From contig JAUCBJ010003000.1 of the NCBI GenBank assembly GCA_032718475.1, positions 1 through 32,020 of the forward strand: a DNA stretch of 32,020 bases. Direction: 5' to 3'. Below are positions 12,901 through 24,281 of the stretch, in pieces. Position numbers and translations under genes: made by a program. Each line of letters opens with the position of its first letter. The stretch's first letter is position 1. The notes under the pieces are model-generated. The model did not search any database and was not told the DNA's origin. It was given only the letters and a program-made list of their open reading frames with translations. The DNA comes from Nemertoderma westbladi. Taxonomy: Eukaryota; Animalia; Xenacoelomorpha.

Positions 12901-15900
12901 GGGAACTGTAAGGTTTTGTGTGTCGTTCGTTATACTTTGCAACTCTGTTTCGGGAAATGTAAGGTTTTGTGTGTCGTTCGTTATACTTTGCAACTCTGTT
13001 TCGGGAAATGTAAGGTTTTGTGTGTCGTTCGTTATACTTTGCAACTCTGTTTCGGGAAATGTAAGGTTTTGTGTGTCGTTCGTTATACTTTGCAACTCTG
13101 TTTCGGGAACTGTAAGGTTTTGTGTGTCGTTCGCTATACTTTGCAACTCTGTTTCGGGAACTGTAAGGTTTTGTGTGTTGTTCGTTATACTTTGCAACTC
13201 TGTTTCGGGAACTGTAAGGTTTTGTGTGTCGTTCGTTATACTTTGCAACTCTGTTTCGGGAACTGTAAGGTTTTGTGTGTCGTTCGTTATACTTTACAGC
13301 TCTGTTTCGGGAACTGTAAGGTTTTGTGTGTCGTTCGTTATACTTTGCAACTCTGTTTCGGGAACTGTAAGGTTTTGTGTGTCGTTCGTTATACTTTGCA
13401 ACTCTGTTTCGGGAACTGTAAGGTTTTGTGTGTCGTTCGTTATACTTTGCAACTCTGTTTCGGGAACTGTAAGGTTTTGTGTGTCGTTCGCTATACTTTG
13501 CAACTCTGTTTCGGGAACTGTAAGGTTTTGTGTGTCGTTCGTTATACTTTGTAACTCTGTTTCGGGAACTGTAAGGTTTTGTGTGTCGTTCGTTATACTT
13601 TGCAACTCTGTTTCGGGAACTGTAAGGTTTTGTGTGTCGTTCGTTATACTTTGCAACTCTGTTTCGGGAACTGTAAGGTTTTGTGTGTCGTTCGTTATAC
13701 TTTGCAACTCTGTTTCGGGAACTGTAAGTTTTTGTGTGTCGTTCGTTATACTTTGCTACTCTGTTTCGGGAACTGTAAGGTTTTGTGTATCGTTCGTTAT
13801 ACTTTGCAACTCTGTTTCGGGAACTGTAAGGTTTTGTGTGTCGTTCGTTATACTTTGCAGCTCTGTTTCGGGAACTGTAAGGTTTTGTGTGTCGTTCGTT
13901 ATACTTTGCAACTCTGTTTCGGGAACTGTAAGGTTTTGTGTGTCGTTCGCTATACTTTGCAACTCTGTTTCGGGAACTGTAAGGTTTTGTGTGTTGTTCG
14001 TTATACTTTGCAACTCTGTTTCGGGAACTGTAAGGTTTTGTGTGTCGTTCGTTATACTTTGCAACTCTGTTTCGGGAACTGTAAGGTTTTGTGTGTCGTT
14101 CGTTATACTTTGCAGCTCTGTTTCGGGAACTGTAAGGTTTTGTGTGTCGTTCGTTATACTTTGCAACTCTGTTTCGGGAACTGTAAGGTTTTGTGTGTCG
14201 TTCGTTATACTTTGCGACTCTGTTTCGGGAACTGTAAGGTTTTGTGTGTCGTTCGTTATACTTTGCAACTCTGTTTCGGGAACTGTAAGGTTTTGTGTGT
14301 CGTTCGTTATACTTTGCAACTCTGTTTCGGGAACTGTAAGGTTTTGTGTGTCGTTCGTTATACTTTGCAACTCTGTTTCGGGAACTGTAAGGTTTTGTGT
14401 GTCGTTCGTTATACTTTGCAACTCTGTTTCGGGAACTGTAAGGTTTTGTGTGCCGTTCGTTATACTTTGCAACTCTGTTTCGGGAACTGTAAGGTTTTAT
14501 GTGTCGTTCGTTATACTTTGCAACTCTGTTTCGGGAACTGTAAGGTTTTGTGTGTCGTTCGCTATACTTTGCAACTCTGTTTCGGGAACTGTAAGGTTTT
14601 GTGTGTCGTTCGTTATACTTTGCAACTCTGTTTCGGGAACTGTAAGGTTTTATGTGTCGTTCGTTATACTTTGCAGCTCTGTTTCGGGAACTGTAAGGTT
14701 TTGTGTGCCGTTCGTTATACTTTGCAACTCTGTTTCGGGAACTGTAAGGTTTTGTGTGTCGTTCGTTATACTTTGCTACTCTCTTTCGGGAACTGTAAGG
14801 TTTTGTGTGTCGTTCGCTATACTTTGCAACTCTGTTTCGGGAACTGTAAGGTTTTGTGTGTCGTTCGTTATACTTTGCAACTCTGTTTCGGGAACTGTAA
14901 GGTTTTATGTGTCGTTCGTTCTACTTTGCAACTCTGTTTCGGGAACTGTAAGGTTTTGTGTGCCGTTCGTTATACTTTGCAACTCTGTTTCGGGAACTGT
15001 AAGGTTTTGTGTGTCGTTCGCTATACTTTGCAACTCTGTTTCGGGAACTGTAAGGTTTTGTGTGTCGTTCGCTATACTTTGCAACTCTGTTTCGGGAACT
15101 GTAAGGTTTTGTGTGTCGTTCGTTATACTTTGCAACTCTGTTTCGGGAACTGTAAGGTTTTGTGTGTCGTTCGCTATACTTTGCAACTCTGTTTCGGGAA
15201 CTGTAAGGTTTTGTGTGTCGTTCGTTATACTTTGCAACTCTGTTTCGGGAACTGTAAGGTTTTGTGTGTCGTTCGCTATACTTTGCAACTCTGTTTCGGG
15301 AACTGTAAGGTTTTGTGTGTCGTTCGTTATACTTTGCAACTCTGTTTCGGGAACTGTAAGGTTTTGTGTGTCGTTCGCTATACTTTGCAACTCTGTTTCG
15401 GGAACTGTAAGGTTTTGTATGTCGTTCGTTATACTTTGCAACTCTGTTTCGGGAACTGTAAGGTTTTGTGTGTCGTTCGTTATACTTTGCAACTCTGTTT
15501 CGGGAACTGTAAGGTTTTGTGTGTCGTTCGTTATACTTTGCAACTCTGTTTCGGGAACTGTAAGGTTTTGTGTGTCGTTCGTTATACTTTGCAACTCTGT
15601 TTCGGGAACTGTAAGTTTTTGTGTGTCGTTCGTTATACTTTGCTACTCTGTTTCGGGAACTGTAAGGTTTTGTGTATCGTTCGTTATACTTTGCAACTCT
15701 GTTTCGGGAACTGTAAGGTTTTGTGTGTCGTTCGTTATACTTTGCAACTCTGTTTCGGGAACTGTAAGGTTTTATGTGTCGTTCGCTATACTTTGCAACT
15801 CTGTTTCGGGAACTGTAAGGTTTTGTGTGTCGTTCGTTATACTTTGCAACTCTGTTTCGGGAACTGTAAGGTTTTGTGTGTCGTTCGTTATACTTTGCAA

Positions 15901-17981
15901 CTCTGTTTCGGGAACTGTAAGGTTTTGTGTGTCGTTCGTTATACTTTGCAACTCTGTTTCGGGAACTGTAAGGTTTTGTGTGTCGTTCGCTATACTTTGC
16001 AACTCTGTTTCGGGAACTGTAAGGTTTAGTGTGTCGTTCGTCATACTTTGCAACTCTGTTTCGGGAACTGAAAGGTTTTGTGTGTCGTTCGTTATACTTT
16101 GCAACTCTGTTTCGGGAACTGTAAGGTTTTGTGTGTCGTTCGTCATACTTTGCAACTCTGTTTCGGGAACTGTAAGGTTTTGTGTGTCGTTCGTCATACT
16201 TTGCAACTCTGTTTCGGGAACTGTAAGGTTTTGTGTGTCGTTCGTTATACTTTGCAACTCTGTTTCGGGAACTGTAAGGTTTTGTGTGTCGTTCGTTATA
16301 CTTTGCAACTCTGTTTCGGGAACTGTAAGGTTTTGTGTGTCGTTCGTCATACTTTGCAACTCTGTTTCGGGAACTGTAAGGTTTTGTGTGTCGTTCGTTA
16401 TTCTTTGCAACTCTGTTTCGGGAACTGTAAGGTTTTGTGTGTCGTTCGCTATACTTTGCAACTCTGTTTCGGGAACTGTAAGGTTTTGTGTGTCGTTCGT
16501 CATACTTTGCAACTCTGTTTCGGGAACTGTAAGGTTTTGTGTGTCGTTCGTTATACTTTGCAACTCTGTTTCGGGAACTGTAAGGTTTTGTGTGTCGTTC
16601 GCTATACTTTGCAACTCTGTTTCGGGAACTGTAAGGTTTTGTGTGTCGTTCGCTATACTTTGCAACTCTGTTTCGGGAACTGTAAGGTTTAGTGTGTCGT
16701 TCGTCATACTTTGCAACTCTGTTTCGGGAACTGTAAGGTTTTGTGTGTCGTTCGTTATACTTTGCAACTCTGTTTCGGGAACTGTAAGGTTTTGTGTGTC
16801 GTTCGCTATACTTTGCAACTATGTTTCGGGAACTGTAAGGTTTTGTGTGTCGTTCGTTATACTTTGCAACTCTGTTTCGGGAACTGTAAGGTTTTATGTG
16901 TCGTTCGTTATACTTTGCAACTCTGTTTCGTGAACTGTAAGGTTTTGTGTGCCGTTCGTTATACTTTGCAACTCTGTTTCGGGAACTGTAAGGTTTTATG
17001 TGTCGCTCGTTATACTTTGCAACTCTGTTTCGGGAACTGTAAGGTTTTGTGTGTCGTTCGCTATACTTTGCAACTCTGTTTCGGGAACTGTAAGGTTTTA
17101 TGTGTCGTTCGTTATACTTTGCAACTCTGTTTCGGGAACTGTAAGGTTTTGTGTGCCGTTCGTTATACTTTGCAACTCTGTTTCGGGAACTGTAAGGTTT
17201 TATGTGTCGTTCGTTATACTTTGCAACTCTGTTTCGGGAACTGTAAGGTTTTGTGTGTCGTTCGCTATACTTTGCAACTCTGTTTCGGGAACTGTAAGGT
17301 TTTGTGTGTCGTTCGTCATACTTTGCAACTCTGTTTCGGGAACTGTAAGGTTTTGTGTGTCGTTCGCTATACTTTGCAACTCTGTTTCGGGAACTGTAAG
17401 GTTTTGTGTGTCGTTCGCTATACTTTGCAACTCTGTTTCGGGAACTGTAAGGTTTTGTGTGTCGTTCGTTATACTTTGCAACTCTGTTTCGGGAACTGTA
17501 AGGTTTTGTGTGTCGTTCGCTATACTTTGCAACTCTGTTTCGGGAACTGTAAGGTTTTGTGTGTCGTTCGCTATACTTTGCAACTCTGTTTCGGGAACTG
17601 TAAGGTTTTGTGTGTCGTTCGTTATACTTTGCAACTCTGTTTCGGGAACTGTAAGGTTTTGTGTGTCGTTCGTTATACTTTGCAACTCTGTTTCGGGAAC
17701 TGTAAGGTTTTGTGTGTCGTTCGTTATACTTTGCAACTCTGTTTCGGGAACTGTAAGGTTTTGTGTGTCGTTCGTTATACTTTGCAACTCTGTTTCGGGA
17801 ACTGTAAGGTTTTGTGTGTCGTTCGTTATACTTTGCTACTCTGTTTCGGGAACTGTAAGGTTTTGTGTGTCGTTCGTTATACTTTGCAACTCTGTTTCGG
17901 GAACTGTAAGGTTTTGTGTGTCGTTCGTTATACTTTGCAGCTCTGTTTCGGGAACTGTAAGGTTTTGTGTGTCGTTCGTTA
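6963..17981. repeat. 51-bp tandem array, 216 units (TTCGTTATACTTTGCAACTCTGTTTCGGGAACTGTAAGGTTTTGTGTGTCG)
   Basis: 11,019 bp = 216 x 51, minus two 2-bp deletions (near 11773 and 11924), plus a terminal TTCGTTA; units mostly differ from consensus by 0-2 substitutions. Confidence 0.98.
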
Positions 17982-18699
17982 CACAAACGGGCATTGGCAA
18001 GGATAAGAGTGTGATCATCAAAGTGATGAAATAGTATAAGTAGGACAGATTCTTAAACGCAGAATCTGAAAAGGTTCATTGGGGTTCATTTCAATTAGAA
18101 GGAATCGCACTCAAGTTAATTGACACTAGAAACTGTTTATATAAAAAGATGATGTATTTCTTGGGGATTTAGTTTAACTTTATCCAACTGAAGACTTAAA
18201 TAGGCTACTCTTCAGTCAATGTTCTCCTTTTCTCATTTAAATGTTAATTAAGTCGCCTGACTGGCCTGGTGTCCCTCGCTGATGGTAATCCCACACTAAT
18301 CACAATTCCTCTATCCATTCCTCCTTCTTCTACCAGTCGTCCAATAATTAATTAAGGGACCTTTGAAATGAGCCGCGGTAAATATTATGTTGACTTATGC
18401 AAACTGAGTCGCAATTTGAATCTCAAATTATAATCAGCCCTTACATAAGGCCGCCTCACCTTCTCCGAATATTATTATTATTTTATAACTCATAAGGACG
18501 GATTACTTAAATTACCCCAGACACATAATGTAAAACTAATTACAAAATACAAAATTATAATAAACATCAAACAACGCAGAGCCTAATTATCGGGGAAGGA
18601 TACGGTTACAAACAGTGGTTGATACGAAATCGAAGGTATAATTACAGAAAATCAAAATTACCTGCCAACTCGGCGTGAAATATAGTTAATTTATGATTA

Positions 18700-18758
18700 C
18701 ATAAGTACGGAGCCCCTAAAGGGACATGGATTAGGGGTTTAGGGGCTCCGTACATAAG
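18700..18758. mobile_element. 47-bp micro DNA-transposon derivative with 15-bp perfect TIRs and flanking direct repeat (TSD)
   Basis: cataag-TACGGAGCCCCTAAA-gggacatggattagggg-TTTAGGGGCTCCGTA-cataag. Confidence 0.75.
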
Positions 18759-19474
18759 TAAACAAGTAAAGTTTAGTTTTCTTTGGCTATTTTCGGGATT
18801 ACGCGCAAAATCTAAGGATTTATTTCCAGTTCGGTCCCCCCCGAACTATACTCCCCAGCGGCAAACGTTTACTCAATTAGGGACCATTCAGGATTGCAAC
18901 GGCTAATGAGCCCGGGTTAGACCCTTTCGGCGTTCTTTCCGGAATGAAATCTCCGACTGAAATTACGTACTCTGACATCTGGAACCAGGTCCTGCTGGAA
19001 TATATTACTCAACATAAAACATAGAGATCTGCTCACACCACTCCATGCGTGGTGTTACTTTGTACAGCACCGCTACGGTTCGAGGTCAGCTATGTAAATC
19101 CACAATTCCAAGAAAGTGTGCAGTGTATACTTTCAGTCGTCTTAGGAATCTAAATGGATGTCCATAATAAACTTACTTTTAATATACATTTATTATAGCA
19201 ACTTAATAAAAATAAACTGTTATTATTGGAACTACCCGGTTAAAAATACAATTGCACCAATAAAAGATGTTCTTTTCGTTTAACTTAACTAAAACCCCTA
19301 GAACAGTTCCTATAATAAATGTAAAATAACAAACACCTAGAAACCACAGCTGCCAAATTGTTACTTTAAATACGGTCTAACAACGTATTAGACACTAGTA
19401 ATGGTAACACTTTATTACCTGGGAGATATTATTGCCCACTTACCTTTGTGGTACGGAAGGGTACAACAACTTAC

Positions 19475-19613
19475 CTACTCTGATACGGTTCTGCTCGCAT
19501 TAACATGGCAAGAAACCCCGATAAATACGACTGACCGTTCACCACAGGAAGGTCTCCGTTGGCAAATGAATGCCCGAACACAGGCGAGGGGGGTATCCGT
19601 CCACGTTGCACAG
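19475..19613 (-). CDS. NR2F: NR2F exon: hinge and start of ligand-binding domain
   Basis: AVQRGRIPP...SYLSGFLAMLMRAEPYQS; acceptor ttctccgcag|CT and donor AGT AG|gtaagt; 139 nt; phases fit both neighbours. Confidence 0.95.
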
Positions 19614-19667
19614 CTGCGGAGAATATAGAAAGTTGAAATTGAGCACAGATTAGCACATTCGGCAATG

Positions 19668-19739
19668 ACGTCCAGGTGGTATCGAACTGATGACCCCGAG
19701 GTTGGAGGTCTGGCGCACTAACGATTCAGCTAGCGTCTC
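19668..19739 (-). mobile_element. Degenerate tRNA-like/SINE head
   Basis: Reverse complement gagacgctagctgaatcgttagtgcgccagacctccaacctcggggtcatcagttcgataccacctggacg: A-box-like tagctgaatcg and B-box gttcgatacc. Confidence 0.55.
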
Positions 19740-20647
19740 AGATAAAAGATAGATCTGGAAATACTATCTGATATATCCTTGTATATCCGAAATTCACGTC
19801 CTCATGGCCTCACAACTCTCATCGCCAATCATCTGCAAACTATATTCATTCACCCATAGCCATATTACTAATAATAAATACATTAAACTCAATGTCCTAG
19901 ACCCAACATGTTTTGGGAAAGATATTCTCATAATTATTTTCAAAGCAGACCAGATTAATATCGGCGTGTATTGGTAGTAAGTTTTTAATAAGCCAAAAAT
20001 AGTAATTATTTCTTAAATGGAAAAAAAAGTTAAATAATGGGCCGAGAAAATATTGAAAAAAAATGTTCCACGTTTTTTTCCCATGTCATACGTAATTATT
20101 ATTCTTAAATTGGTATTTATTTTATACTCAATGGGGTAGGCGACTCGGAAATTTTTTTTTCGTTTTCGTTGGTTTCATGTGAAAGAGCATGTGAAAAAAC
20201 CTCAGAGAGCAATTTTACTTCAAAATAAGTAATATTGGCTGAGTTATAGCGATTTTAAAACGCAAAATTAGCAACATCGAAAAATCAGGCCGTTTCAGAA
20301 AACTGCATTAGTGACGTCACTAATGCAGCACTAAATGTTCATTGGTTACTATACAATATAAATCTCTTAGTAACTAAAATAAATAATGTAGCTAATATAT
20401 ATTTAGTGTGTTTTTGTTAATCCTAATGGCGGCAATTGATTCATAACAGGTTTAACTACCGGTATTCCAGAAGAATATTTATTTATCCCAAACCGTACAG
20501 TTTTGTTAGCTATAAAAACAAATCATATTTTGTAGTTAAAACTGCCAGGTGGTAGAAATCCAGTAGCTTATTGATGTTTTATTAAGCTTTAAAAGGGCTT
20601 TAATGTAGAAAACGGCACTTGTCAAGCTAAATAGTCCCAAAATTAGT

Positions 20648-20982
20648 GTCCCTTTATTAGTGTTTTTTAATACAGTACTTTTTTGGTATTGGTGAATGTT
20701 CTAGAAAATTCGTTTATATGTTTTTTTTAACGGTAACGGTAGCTAGCGTTTTTTTCACTAGCTAGTATTTTTTAAAAATAAAAAATAAAATAATATAAAC
20801 TGTAAACTGTTGGTTAACCTGTTGTACTTTAAACCTGAAATATCAATGTTTTCACATTTTTTTATAATTTCAATAAATACTAGCTGGTAAAAAACACTAG
20901 CTACCATAAAAAAAACATATCTACTAATTTTCTAGAACATTCACCAATACCAAAAAGCATTAAAAAACACTAAAAAAGGACT
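20648..20982. repeat. Local inverted repeat (about 120-bp arms), MITE-like
   Basis: tttttggtattggtgaatgttctagaaaatt (about 20680-20710) vs aattttctagaacattcaccaataccaaaaa (about 20926-20956), with similarity extending on both sides. Confidence 0.8.
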
Positions 20983-21177
20983 GGTGAAAAAAATGGCAGG
21001 GGTGTCGACAGGGCGAAGTAGGGACGCTTTTACTTTACTAGTGCCAAGAAAACAATATATATGCACTTTATAGGAATCGCACTTTTTCCATTGCAATTAT
21101 TTTATACAAGTTAAATTATTGAATTCCAAATAGCATCAAGTTAACAATAATTCTGGAACATTTCAGTTATAGTTAAC

Positions 21178-22855
21178 TCATATTTCAGTTAAATCCGTCA
21201 GTAATGGTACTTTGATATATATATTTATGGCCGGTCGTCCACGACTACGCTTTTCATGAGTTGGTTGCCAGAAAAGAAGATCTGGTATGACCTCGTCTTT
21301 ACTTCGCCAGCAATGCCCACTGAATCTTAATCTGCGTTCACGGAGGGTGGTTGATACAGGTGGTATTGTACCATAAAGCTCGGCATTTGTCATGTGTTGT
21401 CTCCAGCTGATGTTTAGGGCTGCCCTTAGTAGTCTTGTGTAGCAACCATCAATTCGTTGTTCAAGTGATTTAGTCAGTGTCCAGGTCTCACCCCCGTATA
21501 AGAATACACTTTCCACTATGGCTCGAAAGAACGTAGTCTTCAGGTGCCTGGAGAGATCTGATTTCCAGATGGTATCCATTTTTGATAGAGCTACCCAAGC
21601 CTTTGCTTTCCTAACTTCTATGTCCTTTTTGCTACTCTCTATCCATGATCCAAGGTACTGGAAGTCGTCAACCTTCCTTAGTTGATTATTATCAATGGTT
21701 GTCAAGTCTCCATCAACATTAAAAGTCATGAATTCGGTCTTGGTAGCATTTATATGCAATCCAACCTCCTTAGCAGCCCTCTCCACTTTATTTAGTAGAC
21801 GCTGTGCATCTGCTAGCGTATTAGAGAGCAGGGCGATGTCATCCGCGAAGTCGGTGTCTGTGACTGTAGTTGCCGGATATCTACTACTTCTGCGTTCTTG
21901 AAGTGTGAATCCCAGGTCTTCACCCTTTGTGGCCGTACTCATTGCGTAATCCAGTACAATTACAAATAGTAATGGTGCTAATGTGTCACCTTGCAGTACG
22001 CCAGCCAGGATTGAGAAAAACTCAGTTTCACCATCTGGTGAGAGTACCTATGCTTCTGTGTCACAATATAACAATCCAATGCCAGCAACGATTACTTCTG
22101 GTATTCCATAAGCTCTTAGGATTTCAAGCATTTTATCTCTATGGATTGAGTCGAATGCTTTCTTGATGTCCACAAAAGTCATGACTGGGGAGGAGATTCT
22201 TTGACTTAATTCCTTCAATCAGTCTCCGTAGTGCAAGTATCTGAGCTATTGTTGATCTACTTGGTCGAAATCCGTTTTGGCTCTTACGCAGTAGTTTCTC
22301 TATGTGAGGCCTAATCCTATATAGAATCATTTTATTGTATATTTTGGCAGCTACCACAAGCAGACAGATCCCACGATAGTTTGTTGGTATACCGAGGTCT
22401 CCTTTCTTGGGGAGAGGCTTTAGTTGACCTTTAGTCCAAATTGGTGGTGGCTTTTCCCCTTTTAACATCCGGTTGCAAACATTCAATAATGGTCTGTTTA
22501 GCACTCCTGTTTTCCATACCTCCGCTGGGATTTCATCTAATCCACTCGCTTTAATATTGGACATGCTTTTAATGCTTCTTTGGAGTTCGGCAGGTGTGAA
22601 GTCCCCTGTCTCTATAGGTAGTGTCTTGTCATATATCTTCCTTGTAGGGCTGACCTCGATGTTTGGTGGCTGCCCAAGCAAGTTGGTGATTTTTCCACTT
22701 CCCAACACGTTCTTCAGGACTATCGGCTTTGAGGCGCCCCTTTGCACAACTTTTCCGACCAGATACCTCATTCACAGTTTGCCAGGTAAGTCTTGATTGT
22801 TGCTGTATGTGAGCAGTTGTAATTGCTTCAATTTTATCCTGTATGTACTTTTCAG
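21178..22855 (-). mobile_element. 5'-truncated, frameshifted RTE-like non-LTR retrotransposon (reverse transcriptase and C-terminal region)
   Basis: KASGLDEIPAEVWK, PKKGDL..NYRGICL, QNGFRPSRST, GVLQGDTLAP, DFADDIAL, FQYLGS, RLRFSGHCWR, RGRPA; frameshifts near 22690 and 22190; no endonuclease domain seen. Clade call is from motif recall. Confidence 0.9.
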
Positions 22856-22884
22856 ATAATTTCAGATGTAATTTCAGATCATCC

Positions 22885-23300
22885 TAAATATATATTATAT
22901 ATATATTTATTATATATATATTTAACATATATACATATATGTTTTTGTATTATATTAGATAAAATAATAAAAAAATAATAATAATGATAATTAAATATAA
23001 ATATAAATAAATATATATATTATTGTATATAATAATATCTTAAAAGTCAAAAGATGACAACTTATATGATCTATATAATTATATATTATATTATAAATTA
23101 TATAATATAAATATATTATATTATATATTATATTATTTAATTATTATTAATAATTTCAATTATTGTTGAGTAATTATTATTTTTTATTTTATTTTATTAT
23201 ATATTTTATTATATTATATTATTGTATATATATTATATATTTATATATTTCATATATATTTAACATATATATACATATATGTTTTTGTATTTTTTTGTAT
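22885..23300. repeat. Extremely AT-rich low-complexity tract containing an ~40-bp direct repeat
   Basis: (TA)n/(TAA)n-like composition; atatatatttaacatatatacatatatgtttttgtatt at about 22914 and again, with one extra AT, at about 23252. Confidence 0.85.
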
Positions 23301-24071
23301 TTACAATGTTCTAGTACAAGTCTCCTTGATATTATACATTCAAATTAACAACAAAATATGATGCCATAAATTTTCCAAAAATGGGACGAAACTGTGTTAT
23401 TTTGGCATTGGCTGTGCTACGAGGACCATTTCTCTTTTCACACACCTATCCAATAGCATTGTCACTGTACGACGTTCCGCCAGATCTGTATTTGGAATAG
23501 GGCATCATGTTATAGAATTGTTAAAGTGAAACATTGTGTTAATACATTGAGATTATTACTAGATACATTACAGATCCACTGTATAAAAACGTTTACTAGC
23601 CCCACTGTGGCTACATTGAAAAATGTACTTAAAATTTTACAATTTTTACCAGGTAGCTAAATAGCAAGATAAAACTAAATAATACGAATATATGCAAATC
23701 TACACATCTAGTATTGTTCTCTGTAAAACGATTAATCAATATAGGCCTATTAATGAAACCCTCGTAAACTACTTGAGCTCACAAAGTACCAACTGATATA
23801 AAATAATAATAGCATTTGTTTGTTAATAGAATGAGTGAAACTAATATTAGACTTAGCTATATATTTGTATTTATAGCTAACAACTCTATGGTACAAACAG
23901 TATGGGAGAAATAAATATTATTCTAGAATAGTTAACTTGATACAAATCATTTTGCCTCCATGCCGCTATCCTATAATCCATCCTTAACAAAACACAAATA
24001 CACATCTAAATAAATACTTGTTAGCTACATTAATTTTTATTACAAAGAATTAGAATTATTCAAGAATTATC

Positions 24072-24281
24072 CAAGAATTATTGTTCGCTGCAAGCCATTT
24101 ATTCTATTTAATAAATACACAATATTCTAGAACGTGTTATTTATTTTATGAGTTGGTAGGCAACAGTGGTATGCCTATACGATATCTATATTGCATAGCT
24201 AATCATACATAAACAAATTGTTCCAGAATATTGTGTATTTATTAAATAGAATAAATGGCCTGCAGCGAACAATAATTCTTG
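24072..24281. repeat. Local inverted repeat (about 62-bp arms, about 85-bp spacer)
   Basis: caagaattattgttcgctgcaagccattttattctatttaataaatacacaatattctagaac vs gttccagaatattgtgtatttattaaatagaataaatggcctgcagcgaacaataattcttg. Confidence 0.85.

Noticed and set aside
6963-17981. CRISPR array
   Set aside because: Units are head-to-tail with no unique spacers, there are no cas genes, and the context is a spliced eukaryotic gene.
6908-18034. Giant ORFs of up to 1677 aa on both strands (Cys-rich RYTLQLCFGNCKVLCVV, mucin-like QSITNDTQNLTVPETEL with NxT sequons, basic KYNERHTKPYSSRNRVA)
   Set aside because: A 51-bp unit is a multiple of 3 and happens to lack stops in four of six frames. Variants create stops and two frameshifts, there is no unique N- or C-terminal domain, and the array lies in an intron. 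Several common variants are silent in the Cys-rich frame, but not clearly more than chance.
6740-19020. Similar short peptides WNQVLFE (~6763) and WNQVLLE (~18979) on either side of the 51-mer array
   Set aside because: Similarity does not extend, both frames are stop-interrupted, and I recognise no protein family; probably chance.
21178-22855. Intact or domesticated reverse transcriptase gene (retron, DGR or telomerase-like system associated with the arrays)
   Set aside because: Motifs are those of a non-LTR retrotransposon, the frame is broken, and no sequence is shared with any tandem array.
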